A stretch of DNA of 63,781 bases, filler included, from Octopus bimaculoides (GCF_001194135.2; 8 parts of 7 records of this genome joined end to end with filler, not necessarily neighbours in it), one strand, 5' to 3'. Shown: positions 49,384 through 63,229, counted from the first letter of the whole stretch. A program made the numbers and translations. The notes: generated by a model from the letters alone, not told the origin.

Positions 49384-50028
49384 GTACACTAGCTATATTT
49401 TGGTTCGGAGAAATTTCCCAAAGAGAACTATGAGTTAAAAACACAGCTTCGCTCAGATCTCCGGAGGATCACCAAACACGGTGTTTCGATTTCATTTGGT
49501 CACTTCAGTGACGAATAACAGGGACATGATGAGCTAATACGAAAGCCTCTGGTTCCGATATAAGAACCACTAAGCAAAATACTTACTGATTTGTATGAAA
49601 GCTAGCCAGGCTAGAATTAAACCAGTAAATGCACTTGAAAATAAAAGGCATAGATTGAAATATTATATGTAACATTTATACACGTGTACGTATACGTGAG
49701 GCAATACTAGCTGTAATATTTTGTCACAGAAAACTTTTCAAACAGACAGTTGTGTTAAAAGTACAGAGCTTCCATAAGAACACCGATCGATCGCCAGACA
49801 CCGGTGTTTTGACTTGATTTGGTCTACTCAGTAACACATACTCAGAACATTCTAATCTAATTCGGAAAGTATTCTTTCATACATAGAAATCGGTAAACAA
49901 GATATTTACTAATTTGTGCGAAAGCTTGCCAGGTTATAATTGTTATTCGCCAAAAATTTAAATACTGGTGTGTTTATGTTGTATATGTATATATACTTGG
50001 TGAGGTACTAGTTGTAATATCTTGTCTA
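49384..50028 (+). repeat. Diverged tandem duplication, period about 320 bp
   Basis: acggtgtttcgatttcatttggtc ~ ccggtgttttgacttgatttggtc; atacttactgatttgtatgaaagctagccagg ~ atatttactaatttgtgcgaaagcttgccagg; actagctgtaatattttgtc ~ actagttgtaatatcttgtc. Confidence 0.75.
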
Positions 50029-50059
50029 AATTATACAGCAACGACAAGCATAACTATGG

Positions 50060-50225
50060 TGAAGCAGCTCGTTTCGGGTTCATTCCTACCGCATGGCACC
50101 TTGCTCAAGTGTCTTTTGCTATAGTTCCGAACCGACCAATACGTTGCGAATGAATTTAGCAGACGGAAACTGTACGGAAGCCCGCTACATATCAGTGCGT
50201 GTCTGAGTGAGTGTTTGTGTGTGAG

Positions 50226-50273
<48 letters not shown>

Positions 50274-50460
50274 ACCATCGCTTGAGAATCGGTATTGGTT
50301 TGTTTACGTACCCGTAATCTCGTAGTGTTCGCTAAAAGAAACCGATAGAATAAGGCCCAGTCTTTAAAAAAAAAACTAAGTACTGATGTCGATTTGTTCA
50401 GCTTAACCCTTCAAAGTTGTACTCCAGCATGGTCGCAGTCCAATGACCGAAGCAAGGAAA
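50060..50460 (+). mobile_element. SINE with internal (TG)n
   Basis: ttcgggttcattcctaccgcatggcaccttgctcaagtgtc...ccagcatggtcgcagtcc matches 55485-55795 and 61520-61740. Confidence 0.8.
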
Positions 50461-51827
50461 AGGTAAAAGATTACACGACCGTCTCAAATAACACCACCAT
50501 CACCACCACCATTTATTTCACCCTCACCATCGCCTTTTCTACCACTCAATCTCTACCACCACTGCTAACACATCTACTACTACTACCTCTACTCAGCAAC
50601 ACCACCACCAACACCACCTCAACTCTCTTGCCTTCACTGTTCTAAACTAGTCACGTGTGCTCATAAAATAAATAAAACATAAAACATGTAATTTAGTTTC
50701 GTTCCGTTTTCTACCTTTTGTATAGGTTTATTCTTTTCGTTTCGTTACTTTCAACAATCCATTATTTATATGTTTCTTAATGTCTATTGAAATCTTTACG
50801 GCTTTTATTTTAGTTTTTTTTTCTTTATTTATTATTCATCTGTAAGACTTATTAGGGTTTTTTATTGCTTTTTGTTATTGTTTTTATTATTGTTTTTGTA
50901 CTTTTTCATGTTACCTTGGTTGTTATTGTATATTCTGTGTTTGTTTTTGCTGTTATGTTCAGCTGTTGTTGTTTTCATTATTGTTGTTGTTGTTGTCACT
51001 TGTGCTGTTGTTGTTGTTGTTGTTATTAATGAAACGTTCATGCTTCTCTTCTTGTTGCACTTTTTCCTATTTTGTTGCCGTTGTTGCATCACATTTTTAT
51101 ATGATTTTGATCATGTCTGGTGGTAGGCGGGGCTATGTCTTGAAGCAACAAAATACACACACGTGCTTGAATTATGAATAGATAATCACATATACACACT
51201 CATATATACACACGCATGCACAAGCACGCATACATACACGCACACATACATACATACACGCACACATACATACATACATACATACATACATACATACATA
51301 CATACAAACATACATGTATACACACAAATGCATACATACACACACAGCACGCACGCACATACATACATATATACATACACGCACACATACACACGTATGT
51401 TTAAACACATTCACAATCGTAAACCAGTATAAACATCCGCAGATATCTACACCCACCCACACGTGCATATACTCCATCCCCCACCGCCACACTCATATGC
51501 ACATGCATTTGCACATTTACATATAAGCACACTGGCAAGTACCCACTCACACCCTTACACGTACAAACACATACACATTCACATACACATACACATATAC
51601 ATACACTTGGATAATCGCACCCAACCTTCCTCGTTTCATAAACAGCGAGTATACTACACTCACGACATTCTCAAAATGCACACGCATACATATAAACATT
51701 CATACGGACATACATGCATACAAGCAACCTCTTTACTTTTGTTCGACCTACGCCCCTTCTCTCTCTCTCTCACACACACACTTACTCTTGCTCCGCATAC
51801 ACACATATGTATGTATGTATGTATTAT

Positions 51828-52403
51828 GTACTGACAGCACTTGTTTACTCATGTGAGACATGGACCCTTTACAAACGTCATGTAAAGGTCCTTGAACGCT
51901 TTCATCAGAGATGTCTAAGACACATTCTGAATGTTGGCTGGACCTTAAAAACTCCAGACACACAGGGCCTGAGGAAAGCTGATATCTCAAGTATTGAGGC
52001 GATGGTGCACAAGCAGCGGTTACGTGAGACTGGACATCTTATTAGAATGAAGGATTGTAGGATCCCTAAACAGATGCTATATGGAGAACTTGTTAGTAGA
52101 AAGGGACCTCGGCAGAAACCAAAGCTGCGATTTAAGGACTCATTAAAGGAGTGTAGTATGCAGGAGACCGACTGGGAGAGCAATGCCTGTCATCGCCACA
52201 GATGGAGGAAGCAGGTTAAGGAGGGGCTTGACACCTTTGAGAGAGCACATATTCTGCATGAAGAATTTAAGCGTGCTGCTCGAAAGCACACTGCTGGTGT
52301 AGTGAATGGGGAAAGCTTAGTTTGCAGTGTTTGCAGTCGGGTGTGCTTGTCAAGAGTACGGCTCATTAGCCACCAACGGAGTCGCAAATGCAAAATATGT
52401 TAG
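51828..52403 (+). mobile_element. RTE-clade LINE 3' end with C-terminal C2H2-like finger
   Basis: LVYSCETWTLY...LERFHQRCLRHIL...RIPKQMLYGEL...GPRQKPKLRFKDSLK...CSVCSRVCLSRVRLISHQR. Confidence 0.9.
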
Positions 52404-52965
52404 TCCTAGAGCGCACAATGTTCCTGAAGGTCAGCAATGGTCTTCCTCGGTCACGAGTGGGTGGCCATCATGTATGCATGTTCTTTTAAGTATTGATGCA
52501 CACAGCTGGAAATTGAATGCAAATATGTATTACGCATGTACTTTATACGTATGCATGTGCAGACATGCGCACACAAACACATATTCCTTCTTGTGTGCAT
52601 GTATGGATATGAGTGTGTGTATTTGTATGTATTAGTACATGCCAGTGTGTATACGTATAAGAGTATGTCTATGAATACGAAACTCTTTTTCCATGCAAGA
52701 TAATCCTCTCCCTTAAGCGTAGGGTCCTAAATTCTTACTTGTCCCTTAAGTCTTCTACTCTAAAATAAGGCCCCTAAGTCTTCAAATCTATAGTATATCA
52801 TTTACATATATTACCATAATTAGTTACATTGATCTCATTATGTGATTGCCACTTTATTTTATCCTTCTCAGAAGAAAGAAAATGAAAGTTGACTTCGGTG
52901 TCATTGATTAACTCTCAAAATATTGGCTCTCTCTGATTGGTTCAGATTAGCTCTCTCTAATTAAC

Positions 52966-53678
52966 ATGACCTTCTTCAATGACGAGGCTTCGATTCACCT
53001 ATCGGGATACTTAAATTCGCAAAACACTCACATCTGGAGTGCTCTCAATCCTCACGACTTTGTCGAATCACCCTTACAGGCAGTAAAGATTGGTGTATAG
53101 AAGGTTATCAGCAAGCGACGAATAGTAGGACCGATTTTTTTTCAAAGAAACCTTGAATTCAGAATGTTATTGTGAGATAATAGATCAGTTTGTTGAGCAG
53201 CTAACTGAGAATGAAATGAGTAATGCATGGCTTCAACAGGACTCACCAATATGTCATGTTAGCAACAACATTTTGTTTCACTTATGACAAACTTTTTAAC
53301 ACAGGTTGATCACGAAAGGCCTCTGACCACCCTGATCGCCAGACTTAACGCCTCTCGATTTCTTTTTATTCGGCTATATCAAGGACGCTGTGTTTGCAAA
53401 GAATCTGCATACACTTGATGAACTGTGTACGGATATCGTTGATATTATCCGAACTATCAAACGCGAAGTTTTGATTAGTGTGTTCCAGAACAAACGTCGT
53501 CCCGTTGACTTATGTCTTCAATATGGCGGTCAGCAATTTCAACACCTTTTGTAACCAGTTTGACGTTGTAACTTTTAAATGAGCATTTTAATAAAAGTAG
53601 GTTTGTCCATAATATTGCACATTTTTTATAACTATTAATAAATACAATTGAGTCAACTTTTACATTGAGCACCCTGTA
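52966..53678 (+). mobile_element. Tc1/mariner-superfamily (rosa/DD41D-related) transposase remnant with right TIR
   Basis: FFNDEASIHLSGYLNSQN, WLQQDS, PP*SPDLTPLDFFLFGYIK; ends caccctg|TA (TA CAGGGTG TIR). Confidence 0.88.
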
Positions 53679-53729
53679 TACTACAAGATAATTAATTAGG
53701 CGTTCTACTGATTTTGTCATCAATACCTC

Positions 53730-54556
53730 TATATTCTTATGATAATTAAAAACCGTTTATGTCGACCATGTCTATCGTTGAAGTCATCTCACTCCCTTCT
53801 TTTAGCAAGAAACAGCAGGCATTTTTCTTCTGGTAGTATAGGGTACACGATGAATGAAACAAAGTACAAATATCTCTCAGATCAATATTTTCATCAACTT
53901 CTTAAAAACGATGTTTCTCAAAAGAAATATATCGTACTTGGCGGGATGGTGTAAAAAGGATTGAAAAAGGGATGAAAAAATTGATAAATTTTATAAAATC
54001 AAGATGGCTTCCAATATTGTAAACAAGTCAAAGATCTTGGTGAAGAAGGCACGATTATGAGGATGCTAAACCTATTTTTATCTTTTCAATAATGAAGAGG
54101 GGATACTGAAAAATTTCATGAATATATTGGGATGGGATGGGATTGGTATTTAATTATTTGAAAACGGCTGACTTAAAGAGGAAGTTCAGAGTGTAAAGGA
54201 AAATACTGTACCTTAGCAGAATTTCCTAATGAATGCGTGAGATACACGAATTTATCAAGACAACAATATCGTAAAATCTCCTTGAGCGTGAACATACAGC
54301 TGGAGCCCTTATCGCTTCACAAACTATCTCTGCTTCTGAGAGTACATCTTCAAAGTAGCCAAAACAGCATCAGAAATATTGGCCTTCCTCGACAGAGCCC
54401 CCAAAAAACAGTACAACCGCCATCTATCTGTGTGTGTATGATTCTTGAAGTTAACTAACCATCTTATTTTTAGAAAGTGGGTATAATTTTAACGCATCAT
54501 GAATTCAAATTTTATTTAATATACGCAATTTCATTTTTTACCAATGGCCACCCCTG
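53730..54556 (+). mobile_element. Probable degraded hAT 3' end
   Basis: Ends ...atggccacccctg (CAGGGGTGGCCA-type TIR); QTISASESTSS resembles the hAT dimerisation motif. Confidence 0.4.
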
Positions 54557-55484
54557 AGTCATTTTTCTGAGCACATTATCGTTGCTTATACTCCACACTC
54601 ATATGAATATACATATATATATATATATATANNNNNNNNNNNNNNNNNNNNNNNNNNNNNNNNNNNNNNNNNNNNNNNNNNNNNNNNNNNNNNNNNNNNN
54701 NNNNNNNNNNNNNNNNNNNNNNNNNNNNNNNNNNNNNNNNNNNNNNNNNNNNNNNNNNNNNNNNNNNNNNNNNNNNNNNNNNNNNNNNNNNNNNNNNNNN
54801 NNNNNNNNNNNNNNNNNNNNNNNNNNNNNNNNNNNNNNNNNNNNNNNNNNNNNNNNNNNNNNNNNNNNNNNNNNNNNNNNNNNNNNNNNNNNNNNNNNNN
54901 NNNNNNNNNNNNNNNNNNNNNNNNNNNNNNNNNNNNNNNNNNNNNNNNNNNNNNNNNNNNNNNNNNNNNNNNNNNNNNNNNNNNNNNNNNNNNNNNNNNN
55001 NNNNNNNNNNNNNNNNNNNNNNNNNNNNNNNNNNNNNNNNNNNNNNNNNNNNNNNNNNNNNNNNNNNNNNNNNNNNNNNNNNNNNNNNNNNNNNNNNNNN
55101 NNNNNNNNNNNNNNNNNNNNNNNNNNNNNNNNNNNNNNNNNNNNNNNNNNNNNNNNNNNNNNNNNNNNNNNNNNNNNNNNNNNNNNNNNNNNNNNNNNNN
55201 NNNNNNNNNNNNNNNNNNNNNNNNNNNNNNNNNNNNNNNNNNNNNNNNNATATATATGTATGTATGTATATATATATATGTATGTATGTATGCATGTATG
55301 TATTTATGTATATATATGTATATATATATATATATATGTATGTAAGTATATATGTATGTACACACATTATATATATACACACACATGTATCTATGTATAT
55401 GTGTGTGTGTATCTGCATATGCATACAACCACACGCACACGAGAACACGTTTGTCGTAGACATAAAAGTATAGCAGAAGAACAT

Positions 55485-55795
55485 GCAGGAGTGGCTGTGT
55501 GGTAAGTAGCTTGCTTACCAACCACATGGTTCCGGGTTCAGTCCCACTGCGTGGCACTTTGGGCAAGTGTCTTCTACTATAGTCTCGGGCCGACCAAAGC
55601 CTTGTGAGTGGAGTTGGTAGACGGAAACTGAAAGAAGCCCGTCGTTTATATGTATATATATATATGTATGTGTGTGTGTGTGTCTGTGTTTGTCCCCCCA
55701 CCATCGCATGACAACCGATGCTGGTGTGTTTACGTCCCCGTAACTTAGCGGTTCGGCAAAAAGAGACCGATAGAATAAGTACTAGGCTTACAAAG
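55485..55795 (+). mobile_element. Well-preserved tRNA-derived SINE with internal microsatellite
   Basis: A-box gtggctgtgtggt, B-box gggttcagtccc, body to ...aagtactaggcttacaaag. Confidence 0.9.
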
Positions 55796-55894
55796 NNNNN
55801 NNNNNNNNNNNNNNNNNNNNNNNNNNNNNNNNNNNNNNNTTAATTAATTAANNNNNNNNNNNNNNNNNNNNNNNNNNNNNNNNNNNNNNNNNNN

Positions 55895-55895
55895 N

Positions 55896-55951
<56 letters not shown>

Positions 55952-56386
55952 AAACGATGAATACCTGTGCGAATTTAAGCAAACAGGTTTCACTGTTTCC
56001 ATATATTGTTACTTAACAAGAACGCAATAACGTCCTTCGTGTGACCACACACACACACGCACATACTCACGCCCATAGCTTTATGTCCCCTTCCAATAAA
56101 CACACACTCACGCACCTGCTCGTATATACACAAAGCTTCATCTCACGCAACATAAAATATACATACATGCGAAGACTAGAGGTATGTACTGGAAACTCTG
56201 TGAATGCGCGTGTGTGTTTGTATAGGAGTCTTAGATGTGCATGCTTATGTGTATGTATGTGTACGTAAACGTGTATGTGCTTATGTGTATGTATGTGCAC
56301 ATAAAAGTGTGTTGTCTGCATGTGTATGCATAACGGTTCTGTAAGCATGTGTTCGTGCTATTGTTCGTGTGTGCGTGAGTGTGTGC

Positions 56387-56425
<39 letters not shown>

Positions 56426-56626
56426 CTTGTGTGCTGCGAGTCTGCAGGTGTGTGTATTTGTGTGTGATGGAGGAGAGCTATATATATGTATATATTGCGT
56501 ATGCGTGTGTATGTATTGAGTGTGTATGTATGTGTATGTGGACTGCATAGTGTATGTGTGTGTGTGTGCGCGTGTCTATGAATGTGTGTATGTGTATATA
56601 TATATATATATATGTGTGTGTATGTG

Positions 56627-56667
<41 letters not shown>

Positions 56668-57328
56668 ATAAGTGTGTAGGTGTCTATGCTTGTCTATGTA
56701 TGTATGTGTGTATGTATGTATGTGTGTCTGTATGTATGTATGTAAGAGTATGCATGTATATATTTCTTGTGTGTGCGTATATGTATGTGTGCAGCAGATC
56801 CTTGCGTGTGTGTATGTGTGTCTTCATGTATGTGTATTTGTGGGCGTGTTATATATATGNNNNNNNNNNAGCAGATCCTTGCGTGTGTGTATGTGTGTCT
56901 TCATGTATGTGTATTTGTGGGCGTGTTATATATATGACGATGTGCATGCGTCAGTATATGTATATGTATATGTGTGTGTGTGTCTATGTGTTCGTGTGTA
57001 TTCGTGTTTGTGTGTTTGTGGGCGTGTGCTGTATATGTAATGTCTAAGTATAACTGTATGTATGTATGTATGTATGTGAGTATGAATATATGCATGTGCG
57101 TGTTTGTGTATTTGCGAGTGCGTGTATGTTTCTGTCTGTCTGATTACAGATATGTATATGTGTATGTGTATGTGTGTGTGTGTGTGTGTGTGATGTGTGT
57201 TTGTGTGCATGTATTCATGTTTGCGTGCTTGTGTCTGTATGTACATATGTGTGTGTGTGTGTGTGCTTGTGCATGCGTGTATGTGCGTGTATGTGTATGT
57301 GTATGTGTAGGTGTGTATATGTCTGTGC

Positions 57329-57360
<32 letters not shown>
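55895..57360. repeat. Long (TG)/(TATG)-rich low-complexity field
   Basis: Direct reading; all ORFs are CV/YM-type repeats. Confidence 0.9.
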
Positions 57361-57363
<3 letters not shown>

Positions 57364-57469
57364 GGTTTTTTTCTGTTTTCCTCCACACAGCAAAAACAAT
57401 TAATTACTGCAAGACTTCGCCCTCAAATGCATTCAGTTGGAACAGCGTAGATAATAAATAATAAATAAC

Positions 57470-57720
57470 GTTAACAACAACAACAACAACAACAACAGAA
57501 ACAGCAGCAGCAGTAGCAGCAACAACATCAACATACAAACAACATCAACTACTACAACAACAACAACAACAACGAGAAGACCAACAAAGGCCATTATTAT
57601 AAAGGGGAAAGGCTTGTTTGCCAACATTCCTACGCTGTGGAAATTGGTAGAGAGAGAGAGAGGTGGCGCTCAAGTTGTTTGGGTTACTACTACTTGACTT
57701 TACTCTCTAAGTGCAGAACC

Positions 57721-57763
<43 letters not shown>

Positions 57764-57765
57764 GA
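57470..57765. repeat. (CAA)n/(CAG)n trinucleotide arrays
   Basis: Direct reading. Confidence 0.9.
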
Positions 57766-58097
57766 AACTGCAACTACAATGACCATGACGACCACGGCGG
57801 CGGCGAGGGGATGGAGGAAAAAAAAAAAACAACACAAAGGTTAGCTTCTGCCATGTGGTCAATCGACTCGCTAGAAATAACAATCAAGTCGCCCTCCCCA
57901 CTTCTCTTTCTCTCAAAAATGACGAAGTGAATTGGCCACGACGCCATTTTTGATTTAAACAAGCAAAGAATCAATGCTTGAGATAATGTTGTTATTGGTG
58001 CTGCTACTGCTGCTGCAGTATTATTATACTGGGATCGATGTAATCGACTAGTCCCCTCCCCTCAAATTTCAGGCCTTGTGCCTTTAGTAGAAAGGAA

Positions 58098-58155
<58 letters not shown>

Positions 58156-58158
<3 letters not shown>

Positions 58159-58700
58159 TGAGAAAGTAATGCATACCATCAAAGTCACACGGGTAAAATA
58201 TACGAAGCCCAGTATACCCATCATGACTACCCGTCTGATAAGGGTACACCAGGCACATGCATCGCAATCATATGTGCGCGACATGGTGATCTCATATCAA
58301 GGTAAATAGTGCATGACCTTGCAGGTGGGCCCTAGTTAGAATTTTCTTCAGGTCGAGTCGCCCGTCCCGCTCAAAAGGTTCCTGAATAAGGGTTGTTTAA
58401 GGATGTTGAGCAAAACACCCATGTTTCCAAAGGTGAATTATTCAAACCCCCCAAAAATTCCTCTCACCACATGGCTATGATGCTCCCCCACTATTTCTGC
58501 TCATGATCAGAGATGCACATATCATCAGCCACCAAGGGAGATTCTCAACTGGTTACGGTCAAACAACTGACAAGCAAATCTGTGGTATTGAGCAGAATAT
58601 TTGCTGTAGCCCATCTTTTTATACCAAGACAAAACAATGTACATGATAACACTTCCAATCAGTTAAGATCGGAAGCCATGAGAGCCACTGACTAGTATTG
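58156..58700 (-). mobile_element. Second copy of the 808-1382 element, between (ATT)n and (AAT)n and inverted SINE tails
   Basis: Collinear with 815-1330; SINE tails at 58035-58100 (+) and 58760-58824 (-). Confidence 0.8.
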
Positions 58701-58720
58701 CAATAAAAAAATAAAAAAAA

Positions 58721-58762
<42 letters not shown>

Positions 58763-59365
58763 ATTTTCTACTATAGGCACAAGGCCTGAAATTTTGGGGA
58801 GGCAGGGCTAGTCAATTACATCGACGCTACTGAGTAACTGGCACGACTTATAGGATGGGCTTCTATACAGTTTCCGTCAACTAGGACTTTGGATCACTCA
58901 AGGGTTATGGTAAGTGATAGGTGTCAAGATTCTGCGATTGGAGATCGGTTCCGGAACCCAATGACTGTGAAAGGAACTTCTTAACTATTCAACCAAGCAA
59001 GCTACGCGTCATTATCTTAGATTTTAATTACCTTAGAACAAATTTAATTAAATCACGATATCCAGGGTGAAAATGTACAATGGAAGTTTTTGACATCACG
59101 TAAGATAAAGGAAAACATAACAGTGTGTGTGTGTGTAACGTGTGCCTGTGTTTGTATGTGCGTGTCTTAAACGTCTGTCATGACACTTTCTTGATATAAT
59201 TACATCAATTTCAACATACGATCTCGGATAAAGTCGCTACTTCATATATGTATACACACACACTCGCACAAAGACCCCCCCCCCCACGCGCGTGCACACA
59301 CACACACATACACACATACACACATACATATATATGTATAAATGTGTGTGTACGTATATATCTAT

Positions 59366-59500
59366 GTGCGAGGGGTACTGAAAAGTTCCTGGCTTCGGAT
59401 AAAAGAAAATACAGGAGGATCAATTAGTCCTGATCTTATTCAACATATTCCCACTCTCAGATTCACACAGTTATTGCAAGTCCTTTAGTTTATCTACGCC
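59366..59500 (+). mobile_element. Mariner terminal fragment
   Basis: cgaggggtactgaaaagttcctggctt resembles TA-CGAGGGG...GAAAAGT mariner TIRs. Confidence 0.55.
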
Positions 59501-59531
59501 GTGTAAATGAACTCATACATACATACATACA

Positions 59532-59640
<109 letters not shown>

Positions 59641-60082
59641 ATATGTATTTTATATATTATATGTACAGAGTCAGATACATGTATATGAATGTGGGTATAT
59701 ATATATATGTGTACCTGCATGATGTGTGTATACATATAAATGTATTCATGAATCTGCTCACACATACACATTCATTCATGCATACGTCCACACATACACC
59801 CACACATATACCTACACATACATCTACACATCTACACATACATACAGATTTCATAAATCGTAAATAACTTCATCAGACAGCGTGCGTCGAATCTGTTTCA
59901 ATTTCAAGGTGGAAAGGAGGTGATGACCGCCATTTAAAACACATTCGTGACCTTTATATATTTATTTCGTTACGAACGTCAGAAATCCGTCTTCGTACAG
60001 CTACATCACGATTATAGTCCTTTGTTTAAATCCTTTATAACAATGTGTATTCTTCGTTTTTGGATTTCGTTTGCAAGATTCT

Positions 60083-60931
60083 TTATGGGAGTTGTGTGTT
60101 GTGTGCGATTATATTTTTTAAATTAGGAGTTGAGCTGAAACTGATTTTTATGTTAAGTCTATTGAAGAGCTTTCTGTAACTATGGTTGACTGGAAAGTGC
60201 CTATCTATCAGTGCTAAGAAATACTTGCCTATATTAAAGGTCACTTCGGGTGAGTAGGGGTGTGTGAACCAGATAGTTTTCCTATTTCTATGTTTTCTTT
60301 TCTTTATTACTGGACTGGTGGCAGGTGTATAGGTTATTTCCTCGCTAAAACCACTATATTTTAGAGCCTTATTATTTACTGGGGCAACGCTATTAAAAAT
60401 GTCCTTATCGGAGGAGAGGTTAGAAATTCTTTTGCTAATGTTTTTAACTAAATTTTTAAACACTATGGGGGGATGGCAGGGCCCCACATTAATATTACTA
60501 AGTCTATCGTTGGGTTTCCTATAAGGTTTATAAATATTCTTATTTAGATCTAAGGATACACCTAGGAAATTGACAACCGTCAGGTTGGTATCTGTAGTTA
60601 TGCTAAGGCCGAAAGTTTTCATCAAATGGATAATGTCCTTCCTAAACTGATCCTGTGCTGGTCCATCGGTATTTGCGGTTAAAGCTAGGGCATCATCTTT
60701 GCAAATGGCGAAGTATACATCAGGAAAAGTCTTGACCAACGTACCGAGTAGGAATAGTCCGGTAAGATCGCATATCTTGCTCCATCATATGACCCCATGC
60801 TCACATCGAAAGCACCCTCTGTATCGGTAGTCTTGACCCACTCTGCGTTCTCGCTGAAGAGTAAAGTCTTTCTAGCATGGAAGATTATGTCCTTATCCTG
60901 TGTACTGATTTCTATGAATTCGCTTGCATAT
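60083..60931 (-). mobile_element. Penelope-like element RT/thumb/linker remnant
   Basis: FDVSMGSYDGA, ICKDDAL (degenerate YRDD), VVNFLGVSLDL, YKPYRKPN, HPP and RKTIWF...PYS...IGKYFLALIDRHFP; one frameshift near 60780. Confidence 0.88.
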
Positions 60932-61519
60932 NNNNNNNNNNNNNNNNNNNNNNNNNNNNNNNNNNNNNNNNNNNNNNNNNNNNNNNNNNNNNNNNNNNNN
61001 NNNNNNNNNNNNNNNNNNNNNNNNNNNNNNNNNNNNNNNNNNNNNNNNNNNNNNNNNNNNNNNNNNNNNNNNNNNNNNNNNNNNNNNNNNNNNNNNNNNN
61101 NNNNNNNNNNNNNNNNNNNNNNNNNNNNNNNNNNNNNNNNNNNNNNNNNNNNNNNNNNNNNNNNNNNNNNNNNNNNNNNNNNNNNNNNNNNNNNNNNNNN
61201 NNNNNNNNNNNNNNNNNNNNNNNNNNNNNNNNNNNNNNNNNNNNNNNNNNNNNNNNNNNNNNNNNNNNNNNNNNNNNNNNNNNNNNNNNNNNNNNNNNNN
61301 NNNNNNNNNNNNNNNNNNNNNNNNNNNNNNNNNNNNNNNNNNNNNNNNNNNNNNNNNNNNNNNNNNNNNNNNNNNNNNNNNNNNNNNNNNNNNNNNNNNN
61401 NNNNNNNNNNNNNNNNNNNNNNNNNNNNNNNNNNNNNNNNNNNNNNNNNNNNNNNNNNNNNNNNNNNNNNNNNNNNNNNNNNNNNNNNNNNNNNNNNNNN
61501 NNNNNNNNNNNNNNNNNNG

Positions 61520-61985
61520 TGTGTGTATGTGTGTACATTTGTGTATCTGTGTTTGTCCCACCAACCATCGCTTGACAACCGGTATTGGTGTGTTTACGTC
61601 CCTGTACATTAGCGGTTCGGCAAAAGTGACCGATAGAACAAGTACTAGGCTTACAAAGAATAAGCCCTGGGGTCGATTTCTTCGACTAAAGGCGGTGCTC
61701 CAGCATGGCCGCAGTGAAATGACTGAAACAGGTAAAAGAATAAATTAAATGTGAAGTGGCAGAGTATTCTACAGGCACATGTGCCCTTAATGTAGCTCTC
61801 TGATAGACTCAGGCTGACGCAGTGTGACAGGCTTCTTCACAGTTTCCATCTCTCCAACTACCTCGTCGCAAAGCTTGACTGGGAAGGAGGTAGGAGTAAA
61901 ATACAGTTCTACTAAGTGGCAAGCAGTGGTATTGAACCTGACACCTCACGATTGCGAAGAGAACGTCTTAAACCATTCGGCCATG
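61520..61985. mobile_element. SINE tail (+, 61520-61740) and degraded SINE (-, 61790-61985)
   Basis: Match to the SINE consensus in opposite orientations. Confidence 0.7.
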
Positions 61986-62366
61986 CTTAAGCCTATACCA
62001 CCACCGTAGCACACACACACACACAAGCACACACACAAGCACACATACAAAACCACACACACACACACAAAGCCACACACAGACAGACATAACACTCGCA
62101 CACACATACCTATACACACACAACCACACACACAAAACTACACACACATATAACCAAACACACGCACAAAACCACACACACACACAGCACTTACACACAA
62201 ACACACAACCACACCCACAAAACCAGGTACACACACTCACACACACACACACTCACACACACAACTACACATGCACACACATACACACTCACACACACAA
62301 GTACACATGCACACACATACTCACACACACACACACACACACAACCACACTCAACCACACACACAA

Positions 62367-62398
<32 letters not shown>

Positions 62399-63229
62399 NN
62401 NNNNNNNNNNNNNNNNNNNNNNNNNNNNNNNNNNNNNNNNNNTTAATTAATTAANNNNNNNNNNNNNNNNNNNNNNNNNNNNNNNNNNNNNNNNNNNNCT
62501 ATCTATCTATCTATCTATGTATCTATCTATCTATCTATCTATCTGCCTATATATGTGTGTGTGTGTGTGTGTGTTTGTGTGTGTGCATATGTTTGTGTGT
62601 TTAGATACACACACACACACACATACATACACATATACATGCACCCACGCTCATATAATATACATAGATCGAAATATTTCTTTATCCCATAAACGAAGGT
62701 GATAAATAAAATTAATTGTCTGAGCTTTTATGATCAGGAAAGTTCTATTGATTAACAGAAGTTGGTATATGGAAAATTTGAGTTTTACCATTTTGAAAGT
62801 ATCAGGGAGAAAATAATTTAGCTATAACATAGAATTAAAATAGAATATGCAGTTGGTTCTTGTCTGATTAGAATCTACACTAAGAAGCTTGATATAGACA
62901 TCTGTATATTTATTCATAGATACACGCATACATATGTATTAGTATACATATTTACATTCACATATACTTACATACATACAGACTGATGTAATTACATGCA
63001 TATGTACTTACATGCATGCATGCTTATCTGTATACATGCATACGTATAAACAGTTAAATATTCATGGGATAGTCACACATACATGTATACATACATACTT
63101 ACATTCATGCATAAATACATGCTTCCACAAATAATAACATTTGTACATTCATACATGAATACATGCACATACAGAGATATACATTCACACATTCACACAT
63201 GCATTTGTACATGTACATATATATATACT

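Noticed and set aside
55485-55570. tRNA genes at SINE heads
   Set aside because: A/B boxes are present, but there is no cloverleaf or acceptor stem, and they continue into SINE bodies.
46482-56930. Near-identical sequence on both sides of gaps (46482/46778, 47903/48120, 56793/56871)
   Set aside because: Probably unmerged contig overlaps rather than real duplications.
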